A stretch of DNA of 64,000 nucleotides from Phaeosaccion multiseriatum (lineage: Eukaryota; Protista; Ochrophyta, other classes), in NCBI GenBank assembly GCA_965112735.1, contig OZ218950.1, positions 5,828,001 through 5,892,000 on the forward strand, written 5' to 3'. The notes below the pieces were generated by a model. That model was not told the origin of the DNA. It searched no databases and saw only the letters and a list, made by a program, of their open reading frames with translations. This document shows, piece by piece, positions 13,576 to 25,230 of the stretch. Numbering within the stretch: the stretch's first letter is position 1; each line of letters starts with the position of its first letter. The position numbers were made by a program, and so were the translations under genes.

Positions 13576-14439
13576 CCTGCCCTGCCCTGGCCATTGTATC
13601 GAGGGATAGAGAGAGAGAGAGTCGGCGGAGAGGCGTCTTGATGCCCCGCCTGGTTGGGTGTTCGCACTATCCCATAGTCAATTCTTGCCCCCCCCCCCTC
13701 CCCCTCTGTCTTTCTTGCATTGTGTACTCACCCCATGCTTCCTCGGATGGCAGCCAAATCCGTGGATGACGTGGTGACGCGCGCCTACCTCATTGCGAGG
13801 TTAGTGCACGCCCAAACAAAGCTCACAGCCCTCACAGACTCCGCCAAGATACAGGGCGTGGAGGCATCCAAGCGTGTGACTACGGCAGTGCAAGCTGCGC
13901 GAGAGGTGCTGGAGGGAGGGGATGATTTGCTGGATGAAGCGATTGGAGATATTCTCACCCTCGTTGAGAAGGCGGAGGAAAGTCTGCAAGCCGTGGACGA
14001 GGTGGTGGGGAGGGAGGCGCAGGTACGGGCCATTAGAGGGAGGGCGGTGGAGTTTCGGAAAGAGTGCGACGAGGATGAGGAGCTGGAGCAGGCGGACGGG
14101 GTGAAGAAGGCGCTTGATCAGTTGCAGAGGAAGGTGGACAGGGTGGAGGAGGTGGAGGAGGCAGGAGGTGGGGAGAGTGAAGAGGAGGAGGAGGAGGAGG
14201 GAGGGGAAGAGGGTGAGGATGGCGTCAACAAGCTGGACAAGCGAGTCAAGCTGACTTTGAAGGAAGCGCAAGCTGCGCTGGTGGAGGTGGAGGAGATAGT
14301 GCGCGAGACAAAGGAGTATCTCCGCCGCGACAGGAAGGCGAGGGAGGAGGAGGAGGCCCGGGCCCGCAGCAAGGGCCTGGAGATGGAGGAGCAGCTGAGG
14401 ATGAATGCAAAGATGCGCATCAAGATCATGGAGAGGTAA

Positions 14440-14499
<60 letters not shown>

Positions 14500-15254
14500 A
14501 AGTGTGTGTGGGGGTGTGGTGTTTGTGTGCTTGCACTTCTTGCAGTGCGGGTCCGCTAACCCTCCCCCCATCTCCCCCCTTCCCTCCCTTCTCCTCCCTC
14601 CCCTCCCCTTTCCTCTCCTCCCCTCCCCTCCCCTCCCCTCCCCTTGTGCACGATACGAATAGGCGTAAGAAGGAGCTGAAGGAGCAGAGTCGATGCAAAG
14701 CGTCTCGCAAGAGTGTCGTGGAGTGGACTCGGGGTCGGCGGGCCGCCCGAGGAGGAGGAGGAGGAGGAGGAGCGAGAGGAGGAGAGACTTCCAGGGGTGC
14801 TGCCGGGGGGAGGAGGAAGAGGGCTCGATCTGATAGCGATAGCAGCAGGGGCAGGAGCAGCAGTAGGAGGGACGAACTCGCTGTTCCACGGTCGGACAGG
14901 TGGAGGATGGGGACTGCCAGAGACTTTGACCATCGGGATACTGACTTTGAGCAGGAGCCGGTGCCTAGCTATGTTGTGGCCAATGCACTGCATGCTGAGA
15001 ACGATGACGGCGGCAGCAGTGGTGATGATGGAGAGGGGGACGGAGGGGGGGGGCGTCTGGGAGCGAGGTTGAGAGGTGTGTGTGTGAGGATTGGAGAGGC
15101 GGGCCACGAGGAGACGAGCGATGCGGAGGTGGAGGACGAGGGGGACAAGGGGGAAGAGGCGAGGGAAGAGAGTGGGGAAAAGGAGGGGGAGGTGGGGGAG
15201 GGCGCAACAGCAGGTGTCGCTCCCATGGAGGAGGAAGAGGAAGAGTCTGACTGA
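11448..15254 (+). CDS. AKAP17A: AKAP17A (SFRS17A/XE7)-like splicing-associated RRM protein with coiled-coil and R/S-rich tail
   Basis: DTIVLRGVPALW...FGPVHRVEV, LNLDIFVQY and VSASIDTTGYLTDGAVRRR match remembered AKAP17A motifs (DTIHLEGLPCKW, LNFEAYVQY, VSFDSTKHLSDASIKKR). Exons approx. 11448-13356, 13754-14435 and 14663-15254. Confidence 0.75.
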
Positions 15255-15588
15255 GTCTCATTGAGTGACTGCCAGTGACTTGGGCGCAGTGACTCTTTGG
15301 ACTCGGGCAAGCAGGTCCTGACACTTTGACTGAACGAAGAGAGCTTTTATTCACAACATGAGAGAGCTACAGTACAGTACCAACACCTGATTTAGGACCG
15401 ATCAATCATCTCCATCATACGCCAATTTAGGTACACACTTCCCACCGTCAGAAGCGCACGCCCTTCTCGAAATAAAAAAAGAAACCCGCCCCCCCCCCCC
15501 CCTTTCCCCTCCACCCCACCCATTCAACACTTAACTAGACTTGGGTACCCTCCACCCCACCCGTTCTCCCCCCTTCATTCTACACTTG

Positions 15589-18500
15589 CTAGACTTGGGT
15601 CCATTCCTCTGAGGAATCGTGGGGATTCTCCCGACCGCAAGCCACGCAGGTCTTGGCCGAGGGGAGATTGTCCAGCGTACAGGAAACGCAAGACCACACC
15701 CTCACCCTTCCCTCCTGCGCAACTGCGGCAGCTGTAGCCGCATCGATCGCAGCGACTTGAGCAGCGAGGGCAGCGGCGGCAGCAGCAGTGCGGTCGTCGT
15801 CAGCATCCCACGCGGAGAGGGTCTTTCGTTGCTCTTCTCTGGCGGCAGCGGCGGCCTTGGAGGCGTCAAAGGCGAGGCTGTTCACCTCCCACTCGTCCAC
15901 GTCATCATCATCACCTTCCCCATCGCTGGCGACGGCGCCGTTGTCATCGCCTTTGTTGCCTGCTGTATCACCACCCTGTCCACGTGGTGCAGCATCTAGT
16001 GAGGTGCTGCTTGGTGGCACATGTGAGTCGGACCCCTCCTCCTCCTCCTCCTCCTGCCGCCGCCCATCCCGCCCCCCCCCCGCCTCTCCTCCTTCTCCTC
16101 CTCCTCCACCATCACCATCGCTTTCACTCTCCTCGTCCTCTCCCTCGCTGCTATCCCCCAAACCCTCCCACACAGTGTTGTGTGCCTGTAGCTTGCCTGC
16201 CTCCTCTCTCTGCCTTAGCTTGGCGGTACTCTCTACCCTTCGCGCCTCTCTCCTTCGCTCTTCCCTGAGCTTGTTCTTCTCTGCCTCGATGCGCCTTGCT
16301 TCTCTCTCCTCCTCCTGTAGTGACGGGACCCCACCCCCCGCAACATACGCGGAGAAAACAAGGAGAGAGAGAGAGGGAGAAAGAGAAAGAGAAAGTAAGA
16401 GGAGAGAGAGAGACAAAGCAAGAGAGAGAGAGGGAGAAAGAGAAAGAGAAAGTAAGAGGAGAGAGAGAGACAAAGCAAGAGAGAGAGAGAAAGAGAATGA
16501 GAAAGTAAGAGGAGAGAGAGAGACAAAGCAAGAGAGAGAAAGAGAAAGAGAAAGTAAGAGGAGAGAGAGACAAAGCAAGAGAGAGAGAGGGAGAAAGAGA
16601 AAGAGAAAGAAAGAGGAGAGAGAGAGACAAAGCAAGAGAGAGAAAGAGAATGAGAAAGTAAGAGGAGAGAGAGAGACAAAGCAAGAGAGAGAGGGAGAAA
16701 GAGAAAGAGAAAGTAAGAGGAGAGAGAGAGACAAAGCAAGAGAGAGAAAGAGAAAGAGAAAGTAAGAGGAGAGAGAGACAAAGCAAGAGAGAGAGACAGA
16801 AAGAGAAAGAGAAAGTAAGAGGAGAGAGAGACAAAGCAAGAGAGAGAGAGGGAGAAAGAGAAAGAGAAAGTAAGAGGAGAGAGAGAGACAAAGCAAGAGA
16901 GAGAGGGAGAAAGAGAAAGAGAAAGTAAGAGGAGAGAGAGAGACAAAGCAAGAGAGAGAGAGGGAGAAAGAGAAAGAGAAAGAAAGAGGAGAGAGAGAGA
17001 CAAAGCAAGAGAGAGAAAGAGAATGAGAAAGTAAGAGGAGAGAGAGAGACAAAGCAAGAGAGAGAGGGAGAAAGAGAAAGAGAAAGTAAGAGGAGAGAGA
17101 GAGACAAAGCAAGAGAGAGAAAGAGAAAGAGAAAGTAAGAGGAGAGAGAGAGGTGGGCGGGGGGGGGGGGGGGAGTGGGAAAGTCAGAGCAAAGCACAAG
17201 TGTGGGTGTGGCGCAGCTGCCGGACACGGTCATGGTCATATATAGAGTTGTGTGTTGTGTGTTGTATTTCAGGAGTGGTTGGGGTAGAGCAGAGTGTTTG
17301 GGGTAGAGCAGAGAGCAAAGCGTCAAGCAAGGCGGAGCAAGCATAAGGAAAAAGGCGCCTCTCTTGACTCACTCACTCACCGCGAGACTCTGGCGATCTG
17401 CGGGTTTCACGAGCCGCCCTCCCAGCACAGAGTGTCCCCACTTGCCCCCTCCTTCTCCTCCTCCTCCTCCTCCTCCTCCTCCTCCTCCTCCTCCTCCTCC
17501 TCCTCCTCCTCCTCCTCCTTCTTCTTCTTCTCCTTCTCCTCCTCCCCCTCCTCCTCCACCACTGACAGTGGGCTCATCTCTGTCCGCCCCAGCTACAGCA
17601 GCAGAGGTAGAGGCAGCGGAAGAGCCGCCGCCGCCGGATGACGACGACGAGGAGGAGGCTGGTGTCAAAAACAGTTTGGCCTTAAAGGGTTGAGAATAAA
17701 TGCTCCTGAACGCAGGAGAGGGGGGTGGGGTGGGGGGGGGGAGGGTCGGGGAGAGAGCGAGAAAGAGTTATGAGGATGACGAGGATATGAGTAGTCAATG
17801 GGTCTGCGGAGGGAGGGGGGAGGGGAGAGGTGGGCAGAGGAGGTGAGGTGAGTGAGGGGGAAGAGGAAGCGCGAGAAAGCGCGGGACATGCATTTAGCTC
17901 AGAGACACAGAGACAGAGGGAGCTGCCCCAAACTTTGTACACCTCCGTCTCTGCCTCTCCATCCCCCTCAGACACATCCCTCTCTCTTCCCGTCCATTTC
18001 CCTGGACGCCAAGGTGCCCTCGATTCGATCCTATTCAGATCCATCAACAACCCCCCCCCCCCTCCGGCCTCCCCCTCCTACTTGCTTACTTGGTAATCAT
18101 GGCAGAGGCAAGATTGGCCCGATTCTCCTTCTCCAAGGCGTCAACAAGCCTCTTGGCATTGTACTCTGACGTCATCACCGCCACAAGCGCCCCCTTGCCC
18201 CCCACCCCCTTCCCACTGCCAGCAGAGGCAGGGAACACCCCCACCACGGTCTGTGAGGGCACCAAGGCCTTGAGCTTGTGCAACACGTCGTCCGCAGAAA
18301 CCCTCTCCTGCACGCCGTAGATAGACACGCAGTTCTCGGGCCGGTGCGGGGTAAAGGCACCACTGCTGACGGCAGTGTATGTGCCGTACTCCCCGGCGGG
18401 TACGTCTCCCCCTCCGGGTCGTCTGGCCACCGCTGCCGCCAGCGCTAGAGCAACACAACCCTCCCTTGCCCCTGCCCCCCCTGCCTCTGGAGCGGTGCCG

Positions 18501-19284
18501 CACACATACGAGCGGTCCTTGGCGGCCTCGGAAAGGGAGGGGCGTGGGATGCCCAGGGGGGGCTCACCCGCAGGAGGTTGCTTTTTGATGGCACAGACGT
18601 AACGTTTGGGCTCCTCGTCATATGAAACCGTCGACAGCCCGTAGCCCTCACACAGGGCGTGCGTCTGTTAGGGGGAGGGGGGCAGTGAGCATTGACGGGG
18701 CAGGGGGAGAGCCGGTTACGGCGGTTACGGCGGTTACTCTCTTGTGGTGTGGGGTTGGGGTGTGAGGGAAAGCCCTCGAGGTGGGTATACACACACACAG
18801 TTGGCATATACACACACACTGTTGGCAATGACTCTGACGACGCCAAAGCCAGAAGGGTGGGCGCGCGTGCGTGCGCTGCCATAAGCCCTCCCCCCCCCCC
18901 ACCCACCCGTTGCCTATACTCTACCTGTCTCCGGTTCGGCCTGCTCATGGGCTTGAAGGATACGGTGGTGCCCCTCGGGTCCCTGATGAGAGCGTCGAGT
19001 CTCTTCTCCATCTTCACCACATCGGCCAAGTTGTCTCGGGCCCACATGATCTTGGGGGGGGGGGGGGGGGGGGGGCAAGCACCACAATGCAAAGCAAAGC
19101 AAAATACGCAAACAAAAGGGTCAACAGTCCGTCGTGCCACATCAGAGAGAGAGAGAGAAGAGAGAGAAGAGAGAGAAAGAGAGAAAGAGAGAGAGGGAGA
19201 CACACTCGAGACTCAGACAGCGACCCCACCGCGAGTGTGTGTGTGTGTCTGCGCGCGTGGCCACACAGTCCGTGGCGAAATGCC

Positions 19285-19315
<31 letters not shown>

Positions 19316-20238
19316 CTGCTCTCTTGTGAAGGACGCCCTTCCCGCCAACAAGTGGTCCCCCCTCAGCACCGCCCCCCCCCCAAGGGCCGCCCCCGATGCC
19401 AAGTTCCTCTGTATCCCCAACGCCTCTGCCAGCCTGTTGCTACGAGCCGCCTCTGCCGCCGCCATGGCTTCCCCTGCCGCTTCGCCCGTAATCAGCGAGC
19501 CGAATCCACCTCCCCCACCCCTCCCATCAGCACTGCTGCTGCTGCCTTCTCCTCCTCCATCTACTATTCCTGCTGCTGCTCTTCGTCTCGCTGCTGCCTT
19601 GGCTGCTGCCGCTACTGCTGCTGCTCCCCCCCCCCCCTCCTCCTCCTCCCCCTCCTGCTGCTGCTCTTGTGCTATCGGATGCCCGCCACTTATTGCCCAC
19701 CAACGACATAGAAGACAAAGAAGCAGGCACAGAGCTGGTGGTGGCAGCAGCGGCTAAGCTCGGAAAAGCCTCCTGCGCTGATTGCCGGCTCCCTCTGCCC
19801 CCCACAGACTCAGCCCACCCCCCCCCCCCTCCCCCTCCCCCCCCTCTTCCTCCTCTTCCTCCTCCTCCCCTTCCTCCTGCCGTGCGTCGTCCCCCCTCTT
19901 GTCTCCCTGCTGACCCGCCGAGAGACGAGATCGGAGAGGAGGGGGGCGGAGTTACGGAGATACCGTTCTCTAATTCGTCCTCGGGCCCGATGCCCGTCCC
20001 GTCTCTGCAAAGAATGGGGAGGAGGAAGGAGGAGGAGGGGAAGGACGAGGATTTAAGAAGCAACAGCAGCAGCCGGAGCAGGAGCAGCAGGAGGAGGGCA
20101 GTTTCATGATGAGACAAATGCATTAAAGGGGTGGGACGACCGACCGACAGGCAGACCGACCGACAGGCAGACCGACCGACACCGACAGACAGACAGACCG
20201 ATCGACAGACAGACAGATAGATAGACAGACAGACGGAG

Positions 20239-20281
<43 letters not shown>

Positions 20282-20402
20282 TAGACACACACACAGACAG
20301 ACAGACAGACAGATAGATAGACAGACAGACAGGCAGACAGACAGACAGACAGATAGACACACACACACAGACAGACAGACAGACAGACAGATAGACACAC
20401 AC

Positions 20403-20439
<37 letters not shown>

Positions 20440-20496
20440 TAGATAGACAGACAGACAGGCAGACAGACAGACAGACAGACAGGCAGACAGACAGAC

Positions 20497-20557
<61 letters not shown>

Positions 20558-23150
20558 GGCAGACAGACCGACCGACCGACCGACCGACGGGAGGGGCAGG
20601 GAGAGGGAGAGAGGGGGGTGGGCGGAAAAGCGAAGCGAGTGTTGCAGCAGTCGGGGGGGGGGGGGAGTCGCCAAATGTAGTAGGGTGTATGTGGAGGTGG
20701 TGGAGGTGAATAAAGTCAGTGACTGCTGCTGACCTGTTGGCTCTTCGCACTTGAAAGTTCAGCGTAAGAGGGGCTCCCACGATACCGTGATCTGCAGACA
20801 GGTGGATCTGGTGGGGGTAGGGGAGGGGTAGGAGAGGGAAGGGCAGGGAAGGGGAGGGGAGGGGAGGGGGAGGGGGAGGGGAGGGGAGGGGAGGGGAGGA
20901 GTAGGGGAGGGGAGGGAAGGGGAGAGGAGAGGGGAGGAGTAGGGGAGGGTGGGCGAGAAGGAGAGCGAAGGCGTGTGAGTGTGAGTGTGAGTGTGGTGTG
21001 AGTGTGTGTGCGCAGCGACAGATACAGAGGCCCCTCTCTACACACGTTGGGTATACAATACCATCAATAAACCAACCTGTAGCTCCTCCGGGGTGGCGAA
21101 AGCGTTGATGTTGGCATTGCCCTCGTTGCAAGGAGGTCGCTCACACAGGTAGTGAGCGGTGCGCAAGTGCTGTCGGAACTGTACGGAATCCCGGAAATAC
21201 CTTTGGCAGTCAATGAATGAAAGGTGAGTCAGCGGGGGTTGTGGTTTGTTAGTTGGGGGTAGTCAGGAGAGGCACAGATGAGTAGGAGGGATAGAAGAGG
21301 CACGGTAGTAAAGGCGAGGGCAGGGTAGAGGTGTATTGGTAGGGGAGGGTAGAGGTGTATGGGGACACAAATAACTGACTGACTGACCTGTGCTGGTTAG
21401 GCCCTCCCTCGGTGCAGACGTGGCAGGAGATGTGTTCCCTAGCGTAAACACACAAGTGGAACGAATACGTACACAACCATTTAGGCACGGAAACATGTCA
21501 GCCACGCAAGGAGGAGGAGGAGGAGGAGGAGGAGGAGGAGGAGGAGGAGGAGGAGGAGGAGGAGGAGGAGTAGTAGTAGTCCGTATAGGCAGGACAAAAA
21601 CAAATCGGTTACATCGGTTGCATGTACCTGTTCATGTGTGCGTAGAGAGCTGCAGAGTCGAAGAATCGAATGTTGCAAAACCTAAACAATGAAGGGGGAA
21701 GGGGATGGAAGGAGGGACGGAGGGGGCGGAGGAGGACGGCGGAAGGATCGTTGATGAATCTGTGCGGCACAACTTTGCCCGTGCGAGGACCCCTGCCTCT
21801 GCCTGCCTGCCTCTGCCTGCCTGCCTCTGCCTGCCTGCCTCTGCCTGCCTCTGCCTGCCTCTGCCTCACCTACAGAGCGGGTGTCCTCCCTCGGACACGT
21901 CTTTCTCGTGCTTCTTAAGCGACGCCTGCGTGAAGACCGTCTGCTCACTGAGGAAGAGGGGCCGGTGTTCCACACACAGCTTACAATGTACGCGTTGGTG
22001 CGCTCCGCTCAAGTGGCTATACAGGGCGGCTTCACACGGACGCGGAGGAGGGAGGGAGGGAGGGAGGGAGGGAGGGAGGGAGGGCAGGGGAAGGGATAAG
22101 GACGGTTACAACGGTTACATGTACACGCAACGGGTGGTGACACGGGCTCTCTTGATAAAGAGCAGGGGGGGCAGCAGGGGGGGGGGTGCTTGCAGAGCCA
22201 TGGGGCTGGGAGGGGGACGAGAGGAGAACGCAAGGGGAAGGGTTGTACTGTTGCTGTGCACAGGCCGGGGGGGCAGCGGTTGTGCGGAGAGAGAGAGAGA
22301 GTGAGAGAGAGCACACTCTTACCCTTGGTCGGGAAGGCTCCGTCCTCTCCTCTACCGTCGTTGTCTTGCTGCTTGCACCCCTTGATGGGGCAGTAAAGGC
22401 CCTTCAACCTGCCGTATCGACGATGATGATCACAACGGTGAGAGGCCAGTCTCAGTCAGGGTCGGGAGGATGTAATTTAAAGGGATGATGGGGTCGGGCG
22501 GTTGTTTCCAGCGTGTTTCGACTGCTGCTACCAACCTCTTGCACGCTTGATAGTGCGGCTCACAGTTCATAAAGATCATGCCGCTATCATCGTCTACCCT
22601 GGCTTGTGGCCCAGCGTTGTCTCCCCACAGATTGAATGACTCGTAGGTCACGGGGCTGCCTCCCTTCTTCTTACATACAACCTATCATACCCGCAAGAGG
22701 GCACAAGAGAGAGAGAGAGAGAAAGAGAGAAGAGAGGGCACTGGTTTACATATGTGCGTCACATGCCTCAGCTCCACCCCGTCAGGCACCCACGCACCAC
22801 TCGCTCGAGGTCTGTCTTGCAAATGGGGCAAGTGCGGTCCTTCATTAGCACCCTGTTCCGCATCATACAGGTGCTGCAGATTTGTGGATGATTACACGAC
22901 CCCACGCAGACAAAGTCTATTCTTCCGGCACAGATTGCGCACATATTTCCTAGATGAAGGGAGGGGAGGGAAGGGGAGGGGAGAACAGGACAGGAAAGGG
23001 CGGGATAAAATAAATGTTCAGTCTTAAGACCCCTTTTTCCCCCTCCTTACCTTCATCTTCTCCTCCACCTCTCCCCTTTCTCGCACCACCCCCGCTCCGC
23101 CCTCGCGGTCTTCTTCTCCCCTGCCCTTTCCCTTGCCCGGAATCCGGCAT
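15589..23150 (-). CDS. ZNF598: ZNF598/Hel2-like RING E3 ubiquitin ligase with C2H2 fingers, R3H domain and C-terminal RanBP2-type zinc finger
   Basis: RING CAICAGRIDFVCVGSCNHPQICSTCMMRNRVLMKDRTCPICK. C2H2 region CKLCVEHRPLFLSEQ...GGHPLCRFCNIRFFDSAALYAHM. EAFPSL motif. R3H SFKPMSRPNRRQTHALCEGYGLSTVSYDEEPKRYV. WSCVSCTLDNLPSAKTCVACG. About 12 exons; junctions checked were in phase. Confidence 0.88.
16354..17152. repeat. intronic AG-rich minisatellite (~50-56 bp variable unit)
   Basis: Recurring ACAAAGCAAG(AG)n...GAAAGAGAAAGTAAGAGG(AG)n unit in the last intron of the ZNF598-like gene. Confidence 0.9.
20135..20590. repeat. (GACA)n/(GATA)n/(GACC)n compound intronic microsatellite
   Basis: Directly visible. 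Confidence 0.95.
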
Positions 23151-23413
23151 CCTGGTCTCCTTGTCCTTGCTTCAATGCTTTTGCTTTTTGGTGGCAGTCG
23201 CTTGATCCGCTGTGAGTGGAAGCTTTGTTGGCTTATTTTTGTCTGAGCCGTTCTCGGCACGTTCCGCACACCCACACCCACGCCCACCCCCCCCCCCCTC
23301 AGCACGACCGCTACGTGTCGAGCCTCTCCCTCTCCCGGTCCACTGCAGAGCCTCTCAAGGACAGGACACGCCCCAGAGAGGGAAGGGGACAAGGGGAGAA
23401 GCAAGGGGAGGAG

Positions 23414-23603
23414 TCGACCCCTGACGCACTATCGCCCACTTCCCCCTAGCGAAAGGTTATCTGATTACTGACTACGGCCGGCGCACACTGTAACCTTGTC
23501 CAGGGTCGACCACATTCTCGATAGCGGATAGCGGATCGGCTGGCGCCAGCGATAGCGGATACTGTAGCGCGCCGGCGATAGCGGATAGTGCGTCAGGGGT
23601 CGA
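23414..23603. mobile_element. MITE copy 1 (190 bp), perfect 20-bp TIR
   Basis: TCGACCCCTGACGCACTATC at 23414-23433 and its exact reverse complement at 23584-23603. Flanked by GGAGGAG on both sides. Internal GATAGCG repeats. Confidence 0.88.
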
Positions 23604-23893
23604 GGAGGAGGGGAGGAGATGTAATGCGTCCAACAGGGGTGAGAGGCCACAAGTACCAAGAAACGAAGTCATGATTTATTCTTACAGAAGATGCAGAGAG
23701 AAATTCTACTGCATTGATGGAACATGCTCCGCCCGTCTCGTTTCCACTCGGGGGGGGGGGCAATGTTGGCTTTGTAACTGCCATGTCGATACTTCCTCTC
23801 CTTTCCTCTCCTTCTTTTCTTAGCCTTCTGACTGTGATTCGCTGATGTACATATTATGGACACTAGTGTTGCCGCTATAGAGCTACGGTCCAA

Positions 23894-24790
23894 TCATTCT
23901 TGTTGGGGGTCGACCTTGTTGTAGGGCCAGACACTGTCGTTGGCCTCGTGCTCCGGAATCTGCCTCTTGGCTTGCTCAAAGCTGAGATTGAGCACCTCGG
24001 TCATGCGCCGTCCATCGGCGTTGAGGTACCTCGCAATATTGTCTGGGTCCTCGGACCATCGCAAGCTGTCACGAGCAAACATGGGCGCCGTCGACTCGTA
24101 CACACGCACAAAGTGCCCAATAAAACGAACGTAATAGTCGGCAAAGCTCGGTGATTTCAACATCAACCCGGACTCCCGCAAGGCCCAAAAGTGCAGGCGC
24201 ATCCACACACGACAGTCGTCCAGCTTGAAGTGTCGTCCGACGTCTCTCGATGGCCGCTTGGGCGAGTACCAAGCGGCGGCGTGCGCGGATGATCGATCGT
24301 GCACCACGTGCTGAGAGCCCTGCGCCACTGTCACAGGTGTCAGGTCGCGTGTTTGCCGGTCGTGATCCCATACAGACGATCCAGAGAGCTTCTGATGGAT
24401 GAATTTGGCAAAGCGACTGCCGTGTGGGTCATCGTGAGAACGAATAAACATGTCGAGTGTCACGTCTTGAAAGGCCTTGTCGTAAAAGAGCCCCGTCATC
24501 CTGCCCAGATCGTCCAACGTCACTTCTTGTTCAATGAGACTGGCAGACTCTTTGGACACCACGTGAGTGCCACCGCCACCACCCATCTTTAAGGGAACAA
24601 ACTTGAAAGGATGAGGCTTTGTTGTTGCAGCCGAGATTGAGGTTTTTTCCAGCGCACCGACGAGAGACTTGGCTGCGACTCCAGGGATTGCTTCCTCCTG
24701 CAGATCGGGGTCAGTCGAGCGAAAGGCATCCACTTCTTGCTGGATGGTACCGCTGCTCCCACTACGGGAAGCCTCGTTGCCCCCCTTCAT
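23894..24790 (-). CDS. intronless truncated-hemoglobin (2/2 globin)-like protein, ~298 aa
   Basis: Single complex ORF from ATG 24790. FYDKAFQDVTLDMF (B9-B10 FY, CD1 F), PHGSRFAKFIHQKLSG (E helix), SSAHAAAW (candidate F8 His) and FKLDDCRVWMRLHFWALRESG (G helix, G8 Trp) fit the group II/III truncated-globin pattern. Confidence 0.72.
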   Translation of the reverse strand: MKGGNEASRSGSSGTIQQEVDAFRSTDPDLQEEAIPGVAAKSLVGALEKTSISAATTKPHPFKFVPLKMGGGGGTHVVSKESASLIEQEVTLDDLGRMTGLFYDKAFQDVTLDMFIRSHDDPHGSRFAKFIHQKLSGSSVWDHDRQTRDLTPVTVAQGSQHVVHDRSSAHAAAWYSPKRPSRDVGRHFKLDDCRVWMRLHFWALRESGLMLKSPSFADYYVRFIGHFVRVYESTAPMFARDSLRWSEDPDNIARYLNADGRRMTEVLNLSFEQAKRQIPEHEANDSVWPYNKVDPQQE

Positions 24791-25230
24791 CTTCAGGCGC
24801 CAGACGTAAATAAAAAGTCTTCCTCCCTCTGCTTTTGTTCTTCTTTCACTTGCTCTTCTCAGTTGTGGTGGCGCTGGAACGGGTCGCACAGGCCTCCGGC
24901 CGAGGGCTTATCTTAATCTGGTCACTGACGAGTTAATCTATAACCGGGGGGGAAGGGGAAAGAGGGAAGTGATCGGAGGCGGGTGAATGGAAAAGGCCGA
25001 CGGGGGGAAGTGAATGAATTTAATGACTTACTGAGATGTTCTAGATTCGACGGTTTCCCCTCCCCTCCCCTCCCCTCCCCTCCCCTCCCCTCTCCTCCCC
25101 TCTCTTCTCCTCTCCTCTCCTCTCCTCCCCTCTCCTCCCCTCTCCTCCCCTCCCCTCCTCTCCCCTCCCCTCCCCTCCCCTCCCCTCTCCTCCCCTCTCC
25201 TCTCCTCTCCTCTCCTCTCCTCCCCTCTCC

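Noticed and set aside
16151-17344. Several long S/L/F-rich or E/R/K-rich ORFs
   Set aside because: All frames are open because of the AG-rich minisatellite; intronic.
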